61,067 bases of DNA, filler included, from Basidiobolus ranarum (GCA_040143965.1; 14 parts of 14 records of this genome joined end to end with filler, not necessarily neighbours in it), one strand, 5' to 3'. Counted from the whole stretch's first letter, positions 1 to 13,339 are shown. The notes: generated by a model not told the origin, from the letters alone. Program-made: numbers and translations.

Positions 1-433
1 CTAGTGTTTCATAATGCAGGAGCTGTTGTGCCCAATTGAAAATCAGGATACTGTGTTAGTGAGGGACAAATGATTGGCCTAAAAACATGTGAATGTCTTG
101 GTTATACATTTCATTGGGTAAGTTGCAGTATAAATTGTTTATTTTTACACATTCAGTAATTGGTAAGTTACAAACTAGGGGATGAATTTACTTTGTCAAT
201 TACCCAAAATTGTAATTTGGCAATATTAAATCAGGTAACTTGGTATGGGCTGGCACAATAACTCCAAAAAAATCATCGTGTCCAATTGTGGTGGGATAGT
301 GCCATATTGTTCCTTATAGTGTCCGATTGAGTGTTATAGGACGCAGCCATGGTAATTGACAGATCACACCAGATGGTGTGCTAGCAAGCTGGATTGAGCA
401 GCACAATCTGACCTGGCCCGGTGGAACAAGTCT
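1..433 (-). mobile_element. Non-autonomous DNA transposon of the GGACTTGTTCCA-TIR family (truncated by contig start)
   Basis: Ends in TGGAACAAGTCT (422-433), the reverse complement of the family TIR. 1-433 is the reverse complement of ~42911-43346. Interrupts a CCCTA-type terminal sequence. Confidence 0.8.
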
Positions 434-726
434 ATAGATCAAAGAAACCAGGGATGTCAAAGGTGACAAATTAGCATTCAAGTGGTAAATGTGCAAAATT
501 TGAGTTATGTTCTTTACACATGTGTTCATCCAGAGTTCTCTTGTATTGTAGCCAATCATGTGCAACTATTTTGCAAGATCCTGACACTTCACTCCTAAAA
601 CTGAAGAAATTAATTAAAATCAAATCTAACTTAAAAATTTTATGACAATAAGTAAACAATTAATCCCAAATGGATTAAAATTGTGACAGTTTTGCTACAA
701 TAACAATCCTCAAATTTCTGTGAGGG
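434..726 (-). mobile_element. CACTA/CMC-type element terminal region (5'-CCCTCACAGAAATTTGAGG on minus strand)
   Basis: Reverse complement aligns by eye with 3556-3850 and 39002-39127, and all three begin at the same CCCT(A/C)ACA position. CMC superfamily termini are 5'-CMCWR. Confidence 0.65.
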
Positions 727-899
727 GGTTGCATAGTAAAAACAAGCCTCATGGCCAGTATATCCAACTCAAATGATACAGAACTTTGTGAAGGTGTGAG
801 GAACTTAGTAAGTGGGAGAGTAGAGTGTCATATCATTGGTTCCTATACTTTTCCCTTGAGCTTATATTGGATGATCTTGGCATAATGGGGATAGACTAT

Positions 900-3555
900 G
901 TGTATTAGAAGCAACTTTTGATATTATGTTTTAGTTACTTTTTTCTCAAGAGTATGTGGTGACTTATAGAGTAAAAAAGTAAATCAATTGTTTGAGACAT
1001 TCAGGAGCCTGTGTAATAATATACAATAGATAAGTGGGGGTAATAAGACCTACTTGTTATATAGATATTGAGATATTCCTATTTAGAAAATAGAGGCCAT
1101 AGATATGTTGCCTTCTGTTTCTGATATGCATATCATAGCTAAAGTTAACTATAAGGTTGAATAAAGATCAATTATCAAACACCTTCACTTAATTCTTGTT
1201 CAGCATTGTGCTGATATTCACTAATGCCTATTCCTGCTCTTAACTCCTCAAAGCTTGAAGTTTTGAGTGGTATTAGTAGTATATCTGCAATCATATTTTT
1301 AGTATTATAATAAATTTAGTTCACTTCTTTGTCTTGAACTTTCTCTCATATAGAATGATGTCTTATGTCTGTATGCTTGATCCTTAAGTAACGCTCAGGA
1401 TTTTTGGTGATCTGAATACAACCAATATTATCTTGATATATTGGGGTAGGATTGATTTGATCATATCCTGGTTCATTGAGAAGACTCCTTAACCATATAG
1501 CTTCTTGAACAGACATAGAGCTTGCAATATATTCTGCTTCTGTAGCTGATAAAGCAAAAGTTTGTTGTTTCTTACCAATCAAGCTTATAGGCCCACCAGC
1601 TAGCTTAAACACATATCCAGCTCTAGACTTACAGTCTTATGTATCATTAGCCCAGTCCACATCAGCATATCCTTCAATAAAAAGTGACATGCTTTACTGC
1701 TTACTAAATTGAAGTCCAAGATGTACTGCTCTTTTCAGATAGCATATCATCTGTTTCACAGCTATCCAATGTTCCATTGCAGGATTTTACATATATTTGC
1801 TTGCTATGCTTACTGCTGTGGCCATATCGGGCCTGGTACCAGTTGATGCATATATGAGCCTTTCAACTGCACTACAGTAAGTAACTTCATGATTTCAATA
1901 TCTTAAGAGTTCTTTGGTTGCATATCCATAGAGAGTTTCAGCTTACATAGTGGATTTGAAGCTGTTTTACTTTCTGACATATTGAATCTGTTTAAAACAT
2001 CTCCAATGTATTTTTCATGTGTAACACAGAGTGTTCCAATATTGGAATTTTTATGAATCTGCATTCCCAAACAATATGCTAGTGATCCAAGATCTTACAT
2101 TTCAAATATGGTAGTTAGCTAGATATTTGTTTGTTTCATCAGATTTGAGGAATTACTAACTATTATGCTATCATCAACATAGAGAGCAATTATGACTTTG
2201 GTGGCATTGATAGTCTTCAAGTATAAGCAGTGATCAGCTTTGCTATGATGGAAAAGATATTTCATGAAGATCTGATTGATTTTGGTATTCCATGTCCAAG
2301 GCGCCTGTTTCAGACCATATAGACTTCTCTGTAGCTTACATACTCAATGTTCTTGTCCTTTTGCAATATATCCCTATGGTTGATCCATGTATATATCTTC
2401 ATCAATGTCTCAATTAAGAAATGCTGTCTTGACATCCATTGGTTGAATCAGCATTCCATGGTGGGTAGCAATAGCTAAGATTACACTAGCTGAGATAAAT
2501 ATAGCAATGGGAGAAAATGTTTTATCATAGTCAATGCCATGATTCTAAGCATAGCCTTTTACTACTAATCTTGCTTTGTACCTGTTGAAAGATCAATCTG
2601 AGTTAAAATTCTGTTTCAGCACCCATCTATTATGAATAGTTTTCTTCCAAAAGATAAGTCTACAAGGATCCGTGTTTATTCTTGATGAGTGAGTGAATTT
2701 CATCATCAGTAGCTTTTCTCCATTCTGTTGCTTCATCAGATTTCATAGCTTGTGTCAAATATCCTGATTAAGAAAATGCTACATGTGCAGATATACTGCA
2801 CCCATTTTCTGAATTGAATCTGTTAGTTTCATGCTCTGATTTGAGACATCCAAACTCCTTGGTAGAATGGTCAGAAGTTTCACTTACAGGATGTTTCTGA
2901 TTTCTACTTAGTAGAATATCTGATGCTTGATTGCCCTATTTTTTTGCCTCATTGAATACTTGCTGTGATTGATTGCATATTTCTAATAATTGAATATCAA
3001 AAATCAGCAAAAATTGAGAGTAGCATATTTCTTAGGAATATGATTGGTCAGTACTCATAGTGAAGTTTGAGACAGGATTATTGCTTGTTGGTTTTTTGTT
3101 AGGAATATTCACCACAGGGATTGGTGATGATATAAGCTTTGTCATATATTCATTGGTGGCAGATGTTTTACACCTTGTCCCAGATGTGATATTTTCTAAA
3201 TTTGGATAATGCTGATAGATAGTTTCAGATTCCAAATTTGTCCTATTTCCTTTATCTATTTCCAATGTATCATTTTCCAAATTGGTTTCAGTACTTGTTA
3301 GCTCAGCATTGGTTTGACAGCTTGTTAACTCAGAATTTGAGTTATTGAAAAATGAATTTTCAGCCAAAATCAAATTCCATTGATTAGAAGATTTGAGATT
3401 TTCTTTAATGAATATAGTATCTCCAGAGTTGATGATTTGATTTGTACCAGCAATTAGGAGACAATAGCCTTTGTTCTGATATCCTAATAGGTTACATTTA
3501 ATTGCCTTTTTGTCTAATTTCCTCTGTTAAGGTTTAGGAATATGAGTATACACTA
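900..3555 (-). mobile_element. Degenerate Ty1/copia retrotransposon 3' half (integrase end, RT, RNase H, PPT, 3' LTR of family C)
   Basis: Minus-strand copia motifs broken by stops: YTHIPK..RKLDKKAIKC (integrase C-term), RLVVKGYA, ALYVDD (RT), ALSATEAEY and KHTDIRHH (RNase H). PPT AATTAAGTGAAGG abuts the LTR start TGTTTG at 1181. Left LTR boundary approximate. Confidence 0.9.
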
Positions 3556-4281
3556 CCCTAACAAAAATTTGAGGATTGTTATTGTAGGAAAACTATCACA
3601 ATTTTAATCCATTTGGAATTGACCATTTGCTTACCATCATCAAATCTTCAAGTTAGATTTGATCTTAGTCAATTTTTTCAGTTTCAGGAGAGAAATTTCA
3701 AGATCTCACAAAATAGTTGAGCATGATTAACTACATTCAAAGAGAACTATGGATCAACACATGTGCAAAAAATGTTACTCAAATTTTTCACAATCATCAC
3801 TTGAATACCAATTTTACGCCTTTGAAATCCCTAGTTTCTTGGATATATTTTCCTGATATTTTTATAGAGTTCTTCATAGCCAAGGTTGCGCTCATACACA
3901 ACAAAAGTTTGTATCAATATCTCCATCAGAGCCCACCATTGTATTAACATTGCTGAATCAATACTCTTCCAGCCATCTGGCAGATACCCTGCAATATTTT
4001 GCCACTCTGTATTAAGGTCTTCCCAGATATCTGCATGGTCAACACCAGACTGAATATCAAATTGAATGTTCTTTTTCTGTAGCCACTTTCTGCTTACTTG
4101 CACTGCATATTTCCCTTCATACTTTTGAAAATACTCCTGAAGCACTTTGACTATGTTTGTATGTTCCTGTAGTATGACACTAATGAGGGTGCTTTGTGGT
4201 GTTTGTGTGGCTTTTTGCTTACCTTTAAGTTTGGGGCAAATTTCAACACTTTGAAAGGTACCAGTTGAGGTTGGAGAGCCA
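3556..4281 (+). mobile_element. CACTA/CMC-type element end (CCCTAACA...) inserted in copia integrase, with a minus-strand ORF remnant (3831-4145)
   Basis: Copia reading frame stops abruptly at 3555. CCCTAACAAAAATTTGAGG starts at 3556 and matches 39002 and the reverse complement of 434-726. Confidence 0.65.
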
Positions 4282-4381
4282 NNNNNNNNNNNNNNNNNNN
4301 NNNNNNNNNNNNNNNNNNNNNNNNNTTAATTAATTAANNNNNNNNNNNNNNNNNNNNNNNNNNNNNNNNNNNNNNNNNNNN
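4282..4381. other. Artificial contig-joining spacer (N44-TTAATTAATTAA-N44); first of 13
   Basis: Equivalent 100-bp spacers at 8662-8761, 13040-13139, 17414-17513, 21787-21886, 26160-26259, 30531-30630, 34901-35000, 39269-39368, 43631-43730, 47992-48091, 52352-52451 and 56711-56810. TTAATTAATTAA gives stops in all six frames. Confidence 0.99.
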
Positions 4382-4729
4382 CTACAATTTGTATGTGCGC
4401 TAACTAATTTTCTTGAACGAAACCCCGTTTACTTTCGTATTGGAAATCTCCCTTGCATGCTCAGAAATATCTGAAGGATTTTCAAAACTGAATGAAAATC
4501 TTCAACGACATCCAGTCACATAACTAATAGATGAGGTATAAAAATTGAGTTGATATTCCAAAAGGTCAGAAATATCCATAGATTCCTCTCCTAGCTCAAT
4601 TCCTTGGCCTTTGACGAAAATTACTTATTAAATATCGAACTCTACCGTTTATTCAGATATCCATCTGTGACTGAACAAAATTCAGATAAATTTATTGATG
4701 AGTGGAAAGAAGGTTTGAGAGTAGATAGA

Positions 4730-6105
4730 TTATTGTCTACTGCTTCTGTACAACGCTTCTTGTGTGACTTGCATTTCATCAATCTCAGGAGCAATCTCAG
4801 ATAGCAATTCAAATCCTTTTTTGTAATAGGCCAATTGTGCGGCAACCAGATCGGCCAAGTTGCGCAATGGTTCGGGCTAATAGGTTGGAATCGATTAACT
4901 ACGTAGTTACTACAGAACAGTATAGGTGAATTTGAAAACTTACAGTCTCAACAACCACCCTCATCAAGCTCATAGCCTCTTCAATGGCAGAGTGAAGTTC
5001 TTGCTCCGCTTCTTCAACCTCCAATTTGACCTGATATACAACCCAAGTTAATATAATGCTTTGGTATCCTTACAAGAGTGGGATGATTACCGCTTCACTC
5101 TTCTCGGGTTTGGAATTCTTCAAGTTATTCTTAGAGGCATCTAAATTCAATCTGGTAGCGTGCACTCTCTTACAACCCTTCTGTACTCGTTGGTAAAAAA
5201 ATTGAAGAAGGTAAAAAAAGTATTCAAAATAATATGGTTCATGGTGAAAATAGTCCTACCGCAGCGAGTTGAATATTTGTACTCAACGTGGCATTGAATG
5301 GCTGAATAAACCTTTTCATGATATCATTATCCTATTTGTAAAGCATTAGTTTTGAGTAACAAAAGCCCGAACAGTAAGTACTTGAGATAAAATACCATCT
5401 TCATTCTTTCGTCACCCAACTTTTCTTGAGTAGTGGCATACTTAAATAGAGCAGCACCTAATAACAATGTTTAATCATCGAATAATTCTGTTACGTGTAA
5501 ACCAAAATTGGAAAATATATACCTAAAGGCTCCTCGAGGCCTACTTCTTCAGCGCCTTGGGAAGAAGCACGCGATAGAGCATGGCTTAGTGTTTTAGGGG
5601 CTTCCTCAGTTTCGAAGTCTTCCTGGTCATTTTCTCCTAAAGCCACTTGCTTGAACTCCTTCACAAGGGAGCGGGAAGCGTCGGCAATAGATTCTTGAAA
5701 CTGTAAAGGATAGTCGTAGCCCTCGGACATAAATACGCGAGTGACTTTAAGAAGATTGACATGAACGTTACGGATAGCATCTACTTTCTGTATCATTGAA
5801 AAATAACGATGTATACCAAGAGATAAAAAAACATCAGTAAAGGCATTTATCCCACCGAAAATAGGAATATTAGAGAACCTTCTCTAAGTCGGTGAATTCT
5901 TGAGGCAGCTCAGTAATCTCACCAGCTCCACCGAATCTTTCTTGAGCAAGCTGTAATAAAAGCAACCCATTCGTCAGAAATGAGAACAAAGAAAGAGATC
6001 TGGAACTACAAAAAATAACTATACCTGTCTTGCTTGACCAAACCCTTGAGTGAGCTTTCGGGCTAGTGGATTTAGTTTTTGACTGAATGCAGAGAGCGAA
6101 TCCAT
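4730..6105 (-). CDS. GVP36: BAR-domain protein, Gvp36-like (multi-exon, complete)
   Basis: Spliced by GT-AG introns into MDSLSAFSQKLNPLARKLTQGFGQARQ / LAQERFGGAGEITELPQEFTDLER / KVDAIRNVH..GYDYP..PKTLSHALSRAS / AALFKYA / ..RLNLDASK.. / PEPLRNLADLVAAQLAYYKKGFELLSEI..ALYRSSRQ*. These motifs are typical of fungal Gvp36/BAR_2. Confidence 0.88.
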
Positions 6106-7847
6106 GTTTTGTTGTGGAAGGTATAAATGGTTTGTGAGGAATAAATGCTTGCTACAGGGTGAAAACCTATGCTTAAATCAATGTATACAATTTGATGCGA
6201 AATTCCCATTGAACCAATCTCCAATTTTCATTCATGAGTTCCCGCTTTATTGGATGATTGGAAGGGCACACCAACGACGAAATAATGTATCTCAAACTTT
6301 GACCTGTCATAGCCTTATACACGATTAATCAGGACTATTTGAAAACACTACATCTATCAAATTAGTTGATTTCAGTTATCGCTCTGATTAATACAAGCGA
6401 AGCTTCAGAATATTTTGAACTTTGCTTTTCCTACACAATTACATGCTCGAGATTTGAGGTACTTGGATCTAGCATTTATTTTTAAAGATGGGATTGGCAA
6501 TAATATCCAACATTCTTCAGCTTAGATTGAGGGAATATCGGATATACCACGTCAGTAACCTATGGGATTTCCGGCGTAAAAATGATTGATCACCCAGACG
6601 TATTCACTTGAGAACTTCACTCCTGGGGCAACGTTACGGCTAAAGCTAAATGGAAATCGTAAGAGGCCGTCAATGCGGTAAAAATGAAAGCATTTCCATT
6701 AAACAGTGATTGGTTTTTTACTTGCAAACTGAATGTTTACACAAGTAAGCATTCAACTGTTGAGAGCGCTGGCGACAAGTAAATACTTACTAGATATTGG
6801 GTTTGCTGGGAGCAATATTCATAACTCTTCCAAAGTCTTCTATCTCTATAGCTCAATCCGTATGAAGACAATGTTCTATTATAAAACCCATCCATGTCAA
6901 ACTCAACAATTCCCAATCTTTTATCAGTTTGTCATACATTTACCAAACCGTAATCGTGATCTTAGCAACCAAGCAAGGAGAGGTTAGTCTTGGAGGATCA
7001 AGTTTCGTAGAGGTTTGAGGATTCATAGCTTTGCAATAATTCAAATCTTTATGATGGTGCTAGAGTCCAACTATGGACTGCTTGACCACAAGCCATTTGA
7101 CACGCAAAACTCGTACATATGTATATATCTAACACTGCCCATGATATAGCATGACAGGCTAAGCAACAGACACAGAGCTGTGTTGAATACGGTACTCCAC
7201 AACTGTACGGGAGTGCCAATCAGACATAGTACCAACCTAGATAATCTGTCTTTTAGGTAGCCTATAGGCTTTAAGGATCATGACATTCTATAAAAACAGT
7301 ACGGTGAAGTATTCAAGTGCTCTACTTTGCAATGCTAACTATATAAGCAGATTGTGATCCTCTCATTGGTCTATTGGTGACCTTTCGAACCAGTTCTACT
7401 ATCTATGTATACGGTCTTGGACAATCAAATATTCATCACTTTATTAGATGAAAATATAGATATGAGAACACGTCATAATCACGTGATTCGCATCTTTCCT
7501 TGTCAATTCATTGGTTAGAACTCGCTATGTAAATAGACCACTTTGATTTAAGTATAGGAACGTCGCTGTCTACGCTCCAAGAAGCTGGTAAAAATTATTG
7601 ATGAATTTAGTATGCAGTTATCCATATATACGCTGCCTCCTCTTCTCCGCAGCATCGGGCTTTAATAATCAGTAATTATTTCGGTGTGCTGTTGTTGACT
7701 GCAAAATACTGAATATTAGTCATTTGTCTTTCAAGTATTTACTATGCAAGATCTTCGTGAACTCTCATAAAGACTGATAAGATATTAGATCGCTTAAATT
7801 TGCATCTACGATATATGTCAGTAGTATCTACAACTCTTGCCTTTAAT

Positions 7848-8003
7848 GGACTTGTTCCATTGTGCCAGCATTTATCGGACCTTGGCTCAATATATTAGAG
7901 TAATTGTGATTGAAAGGGTAGGGTTGTGCCGCATAAATTTTAGAATACTTTATCCAATATGATATATACAGCACAATCTGGCACTATCACTGGAAACAAG
8001 TCC
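7848..8003. mobile_element. 156-bp MITE, GGACTTGTTCCA family
   Basis: TIRs GGACTTGTTCCA ... TGGAAACAAGTCC, flanked on both sides by AAT (3-bp TSD). Homologous to 18129-18308 and 18386-18567. Confidence 0.9.
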
Positions 8004-8568
8004 AATAACTATGATCCTAGATAGGAAATTAGTTAACTTCAAATTCAACATGGTACTAGTTTTATGACTTCCAGAAAATGGAATCCCACCAGGATAATTC
8101 TATTGCTAGACAAATAGCAATTGATGAAGAAAAATGAGGGCTTTAAACCCTACCGTTGGTGGAGTGGTCTGTAAGAAGAAAGGATTTGCGGTCTGCTGAT
8201 AGAACTTCACCGTAATTGCATTCTTGGTTTATTTTTGCGATAGACATTAAGGTATAGAGAGCATTGTGCAGCTAGTGATTGTAACATACCACTCCATTGT
8301 GAACAAACAACTAAGAAGCTTTCACTTTAAACATCACTACCTGTATATGTTTGTCACACACAACACACCGATTAGTATCCATGTGAGATGTGAAAATATA
8401 TTGAAAATAGTATAATTGGAATGGGGAAGATATCCAAATTACTAACAATAGCGACTACCAAGATATTCTTTTTATATAAAAGCCTCAACCAAATACTACT
8501 CACGATCTAATCACTCCTTATTCGAATTAGGGATGGTTTTACCCCTGATAGTCCCATGAGCTTGATGC

Positions 8569-8591
8569 TATATATATATATATATATATAT
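8569..8591. repeat. (TA)n microsatellite
   Basis: About 11 TA units seen directly. Confidence 0.95.
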
Positions 8592-8761
8592 GTGGGCTAG
8601 AGTTCGGTAGCGGTAGGGTTAGGGTTACGCTACATTCAAGTCATAAACATTTGTGGTCAAGNNNNNNNNNNNNNNNNNNNNNNNNNNNNNNNNNNNNNNN
8701 NNNNNTTAATTAATTAANNNNNNNNNNNNNNNNNNNNNNNNNNNNNNNNNNNNNNNNNNNN

Positions 8762-8870
8762 AAGTAAATTCCTTATGAGAATAATTGATAATATCTTAGT
8801 GAATTATAAGATAACTAAGTACTAAGCTATATATGACTATATAGGTGTTTAGGCAATGCTAATTTCAACA
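8762..8870 (-). repeat. Partial copia LTR, family A
   Basis: Reverse complement begins TGTTGAAATTAGCATTGCCTAAACACCTATATAGTC, as at 29444 and 47740. Confidence 0.85.
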
Positions 8871-11369
8871 ATGCTGATTTCAACAAAACTACCAATTCTT
8901 CTAGTTCTCTTAACCGCTTCCAACAAACTCCCAAAATACTTTAACAGTACTGACTGTCTTATGCTCTCTTTTGAATATACTACAGCCTCTGGGAAACAAA
9001 AACTAAATAAATATTTCCTATTTCTCCTAAATATATATAGCTTAGGTTATTAAGGTAACCAGTGTAAATTATGTATATCTTAAGTCACATTGACTTTTCA
9101 GCATATATGTAAATATCATAGGTGGTGCCTTACGCTCCAAAGTTATTCACAATAGTGGTTCCAATTTCCTGTTTGTCAATAGTTCAACGATCATAAATTA
9201 CCACATAAACTATAATTCATATATTAAGCTAAACTATTGAGGTTTTGCAATATGTGATGATTGATTCATATTAGTATGATATTACACAATGATGACTACC
9301 ATTGTGGAATCACGGCTTGAGAATTATCGATTTACCAATGGTACTATTAAGCTACACTTCATACACTTAATTCAGCATAATTGTGGTTTAGGAAGCAGAC
9401 AGAAGTTGCACCTAAAGAATTCAATTAGTGAAGGAATAACGAAGGTACTATATGAGAGTTTGCATGCTTCCAGAGGTGTATTGGCTCTCAGAATATCAGT
9501 TACTCGCCAAAGAAATAGAAGTAGCTATGGCTATGGCTATGGTTACGGTTGGAAACAACCGTATTATAGTCAGGGTTAGGATGAGTGAATCACACCTTTG
9601 TGGTTCACTTTTTACTGGTTACGAATCCATATCCAGCCCATAACCCAATTCTAACTCTCACCTTATCCCTTGGGATCTGATCAGCTCAAGTTTACTAATG
9701 AAAAAAGCAAATAATCTCCGCATCTCAGCATTCCCAATTCCTGATGGGTCTCTGAAAAATAGGAATACCTATATGAAGCATGTCATGGAACCAAGGGAGC
9801 GAATCGTCGACTGGAACAGTCAGCATAAGATTTCTGGTAGAGAAAGGTTATTAGATATAATCAATAATTGGCTGGCGTGTATACGGATTAAACTTTAACG
9901 GATGCTCAACGTCCGTGTGATGAGATTTAGTCGGTGATTAGATTATTTCCATATGAACATTGAAAGTAACCCTGGGGTAACCCTAACCCTCTCCTCCCCT
10001 AACAACAACAACTGAGGGGATTGAATGAAATCCCATAAACAAGGATCACCTCATGGCTAAAATCTGGCTAAAATCAAGTTACGGGGAGAAACTTGACTAG
10101 CGTAAGATTGGTGTGAAATATTCCCATTGAAATGAATCGTGTGAAGAGTCGAATAGAAATAACGTGTTTTCATCTCCACTTGTATGCACCCGTCCATTTC
10201 CAGAAGTGTGCACCAGTTCAGTTGCATCGAATCAGGTTCTTGTGCGGTTTGAGCCACCTAATAAGCATCATGTCACCGAAATCCGGAGATGTGCAGTAGT
10301 TGCGGGCACAATCCAATCATGGTCAAACCTTAGCCAAAGTTGAAGTACGATGGCTAAATCGCAAGCTACTACGATGGGAACCTCAATTGGCAATATTGGT
10401 GAAACGTATCCAGCCCACAGGATGCATTCTGGGATTACGTTATTACAATGACGATATTAACGAGGGAAATTCTCTGATTGCACCCTTCCTCGTAGCGGTG
10501 AGGATAGAGCAAGGCTGCCCGAGAGAAATGTAGCGCAACTGTGCTGACCTAGCAACAAGCGCTAGATTGTAAAGAATTCGTGATGTGGAATACAGTAGAG
10601 AACTCAGAGCGCTGCAACATCTCAAGTATGGCGATGCTGAAATCCGCCTTGCAGAAGTGCTACTTGCATTGACCGGGCTAGTTCTGGCTTGTTTCCAACA
10701 TCCCCTTGCAATCTCTAGAACGCCTTAATTAGATGGACTGCCATATCGCTTTGGTGAATGGACTGACCACAAGGTGTCATGTGGCCGATGCTATCGGTTC
10801 AATAAGAGCTATTTAGGAGAGAATATCTGACGTATATAGGAGATTTGATTGATGTGACGACCGCAAACCTCTATATGTAATTAGAAAATGGACACCATCA
10901 CATGATGAAGCATCGTTTACGCATCCACCCAGCCCCTAGGGTGTGTTCTGCCTACCAGGTAGCCAATGGTGAGCAGGATAATCAAAACATCGAGCATTTG
11001 TACGCCGGTTGACTCATAATCAAAGCAGAACGTAACTAGTCCACTACTGTGTGCCATTATTGTAAAGATAGCCCAGTTCTTCAAGTGAAACTTGGCTCAC
11101 GAGATTTATGTGCTGATAAGCTACACCAACATCGGTAGAGTGGATTTGGCACTCAATGCTAGAGAGAAATCCCTTTTTCGTCGAGAAATACAAGGCACAA
11201 GCTACCTGGTGACACGTGAATTGCTATCATCACTGATGTTGAGAGTCGCCTGTCGATGAAAATGGTCTCCATATCCCAAAATGGATCAATCATTGGATAG
11301 CGTGAATAAGGAATGGATTTCTGGATTAGACAGATTGATCATCATTTGAAATGCTAGTTGACTCACCAA

Positions 11370-11376
11370 TATAAAA
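11370..11376 (+). promoter_or_regulatory. Candidate TATA box of the DPP5 gene
   Basis: TATAAAA 49 bp upstream of the ATG at 11419. Confidence 0.5.
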
Positions 11377-11418
11377 GGAAGCAGACCTGACTGACGGAAC
11401 AAATATCAAGCTTTCAAC

Positions 11419-13039
11419 ATGAAGTGGTTCTGCTACATCTCTCTCCTTTCAGTACCCTTAGCTAGCGCTGTGCGCAACTTCACTCCCCAGGATCTCGCTA
11501 CTTTGGACAGACCTGGGGTGGCAGTTCCCTCTCCTGATGGAAAGTGGGCAGTATACAGTAGCTCCACCTATACCATCGCCACCAACTCCAACACCAGAAA
11601 CCTCTGGATCTTGAATGTTGCCAATGGTAAGGTGAGCCCCTTGACTGCACCTGGTAAAACTGGTGACAGTGAACCACTTTGGTTAGACTCAGCCACCGTT
11701 GGTTTCATCTCTTCCCGCACTGAAACTTCTCAGCTCTGGGCAGTCGATGTTACTAAGGCTAACTCACTACCAGTACAAGTGACCAATTTTACAGTAGATA
11801 TTGGTAACGTTAAATACAATCCAAAGGCAAACCTTTTCGCCTTCTCCACTGGTGTCTATGCCGATGGTAACATTGAAAAGGCCGTTCATATCGATCAAGA
11901 AAATTCCCTTCGCACTGATACTGGCTTAGTGTATGATAATCTATTTGTTAGACACTGGGATCACTTTGTCACCGCAAAGAAACAAAATATCTTCACTGTT
12001 AAGTTGTCTAAGAAGGGTGGAAAATATGGGGTTGAGGGTAAGCCAGTGAATGTTATGGCTAAGGCTAATCTTGAATCCCCCACCGATCCATTCGGCGATG
12101 CCGGAGATTACGATATCTCCCCTGATGGCAAGGAGATTGCTTTCGTTTCCAAGAGACCTGGAAGAGATCAAGCCTGGGAGACTGATATCAATGTCTACAT
12201 TGTTCCATCAAATGGTAGTAAGGCACCTAAGTCGCTTACTGACAAAAACCTTGGTCAAACCTCATCACCCACTTACTCTCCTGACGGCAAAACCTTAGCT
12301 TGGTTACAAATGGAACGCCGTGGATTTGAGGCTGACCGTAAGCGTATCATCCTTCACAATCTTAAGAAACAAAAGTCCAGCTACTACAACAAAAATTGGG
12401 ATCGTAGTCCCAACGGTATCACCTGGTCTCTTGATTCTAAGAAGCTATACCTTCCAACTGAAGAACATGGCAGAGTTAAAGTATTTGCCGCTGATATTGA
12501 GAGCGGAAAAATCAAAGCCATTACCCATAAAGGCAACACCGGCTCAGTATCAGTGATCAACAAAGATACTCTATTCTTAACCCAAAATGCCATGAACCAT
12601 CCCAATGAGTTTTACACCGTTAAAACTAACGGAAAGGATCTAAAGCAAGTATCCAATATCCATGCTGCCAAGACCAAGGACCTCTACCTTCCTGAGCCAG
12701 AGGAATTCTGGTTCACTGGAGCCAAGGGTGCTAAAGTACACGGTTGGATCATCAAACCATATAACTTTGATCCCAAGAAGAAGTATCCCGTTGCATTCCT
12801 CGTCCACGGTGGTCCTCAAGGAGCTTGGCTAGATTCCTGGAGCACTCGCTGGAATCCAGAGATTTATGCCTCAGCTGGTAACGTAATGATTGCCATCAAC
12901 CCTCGTGGATCCACTGGCTACGGTCAGAAATACACTTTTGAGATCTCACGCAATTGGGGTGGTCTTCCATTCGAAGATCTTATGAATGGACGCGATTTCG
13001 CGCGTGGCAAATATAAGTGGGCCGTGAAAGATCGTATTT
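11419..13039 (+). CDS. DPP5: Secreted dipeptidyl-peptidase V (S9 family), 3'-truncated
   Basis: Signal peptide MKWFCYISLLSVPLASA; SPDG beta-propeller repeats; YDNLFVRHWD; HGGPQGAWLDSWSTRWN; INPRGSTGYGQ. Contig ends just before the catalytic GxSxG. Confidence 0.93.
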
Positions 13040-13139
13040 NNNNNNNNNNNNNNNNNNNNNNNNNNNNNNNNNNNNNNNNNNNNTTAATTAATTAANNNNN
13101 NNNNNNNNNNNNNNNNNNNNNNNNNNNNNNNNNNNNNNN

Positions 13140-13246
13140 TAGTAAACTATAAATAGGACATATTCAATTCAATAAAACTTAAGTGTCTAATTCACAAATC
13201 CAAATCTTGTCCAAAACACTTCCAAATCCCCTAAACACTTTTATCA
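13140..13246 (+). repeat. Partial copia LTR, family B (3' end CACTTTTATCA)
   Basis: Matches 19367-19474 and the reverse complement of 14588-14700. Confidence 0.8.
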
Positions 13247-13339
13247 GAAACAAGCAATTTTGGATTGTTTGGGCTGTTTTTGTACCCCTATGAGGCCCTA
13301 TCTTCAATACCTTATTTGACAGCATACTTTACTTATTTT

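Noticed and set aside
4326-4337. Regularly spaced TTAATTAATTAA palindromes every ~4.37 kb
   Set aside because: Embedded in N runs; an artificial linker, not biological periodicity.
9289-10625. Short ORFs including the YGYGYGYG tract
   Set aside because: The tract comes from a TATGGC hexamer repeat; no domain similarity or gene structure.
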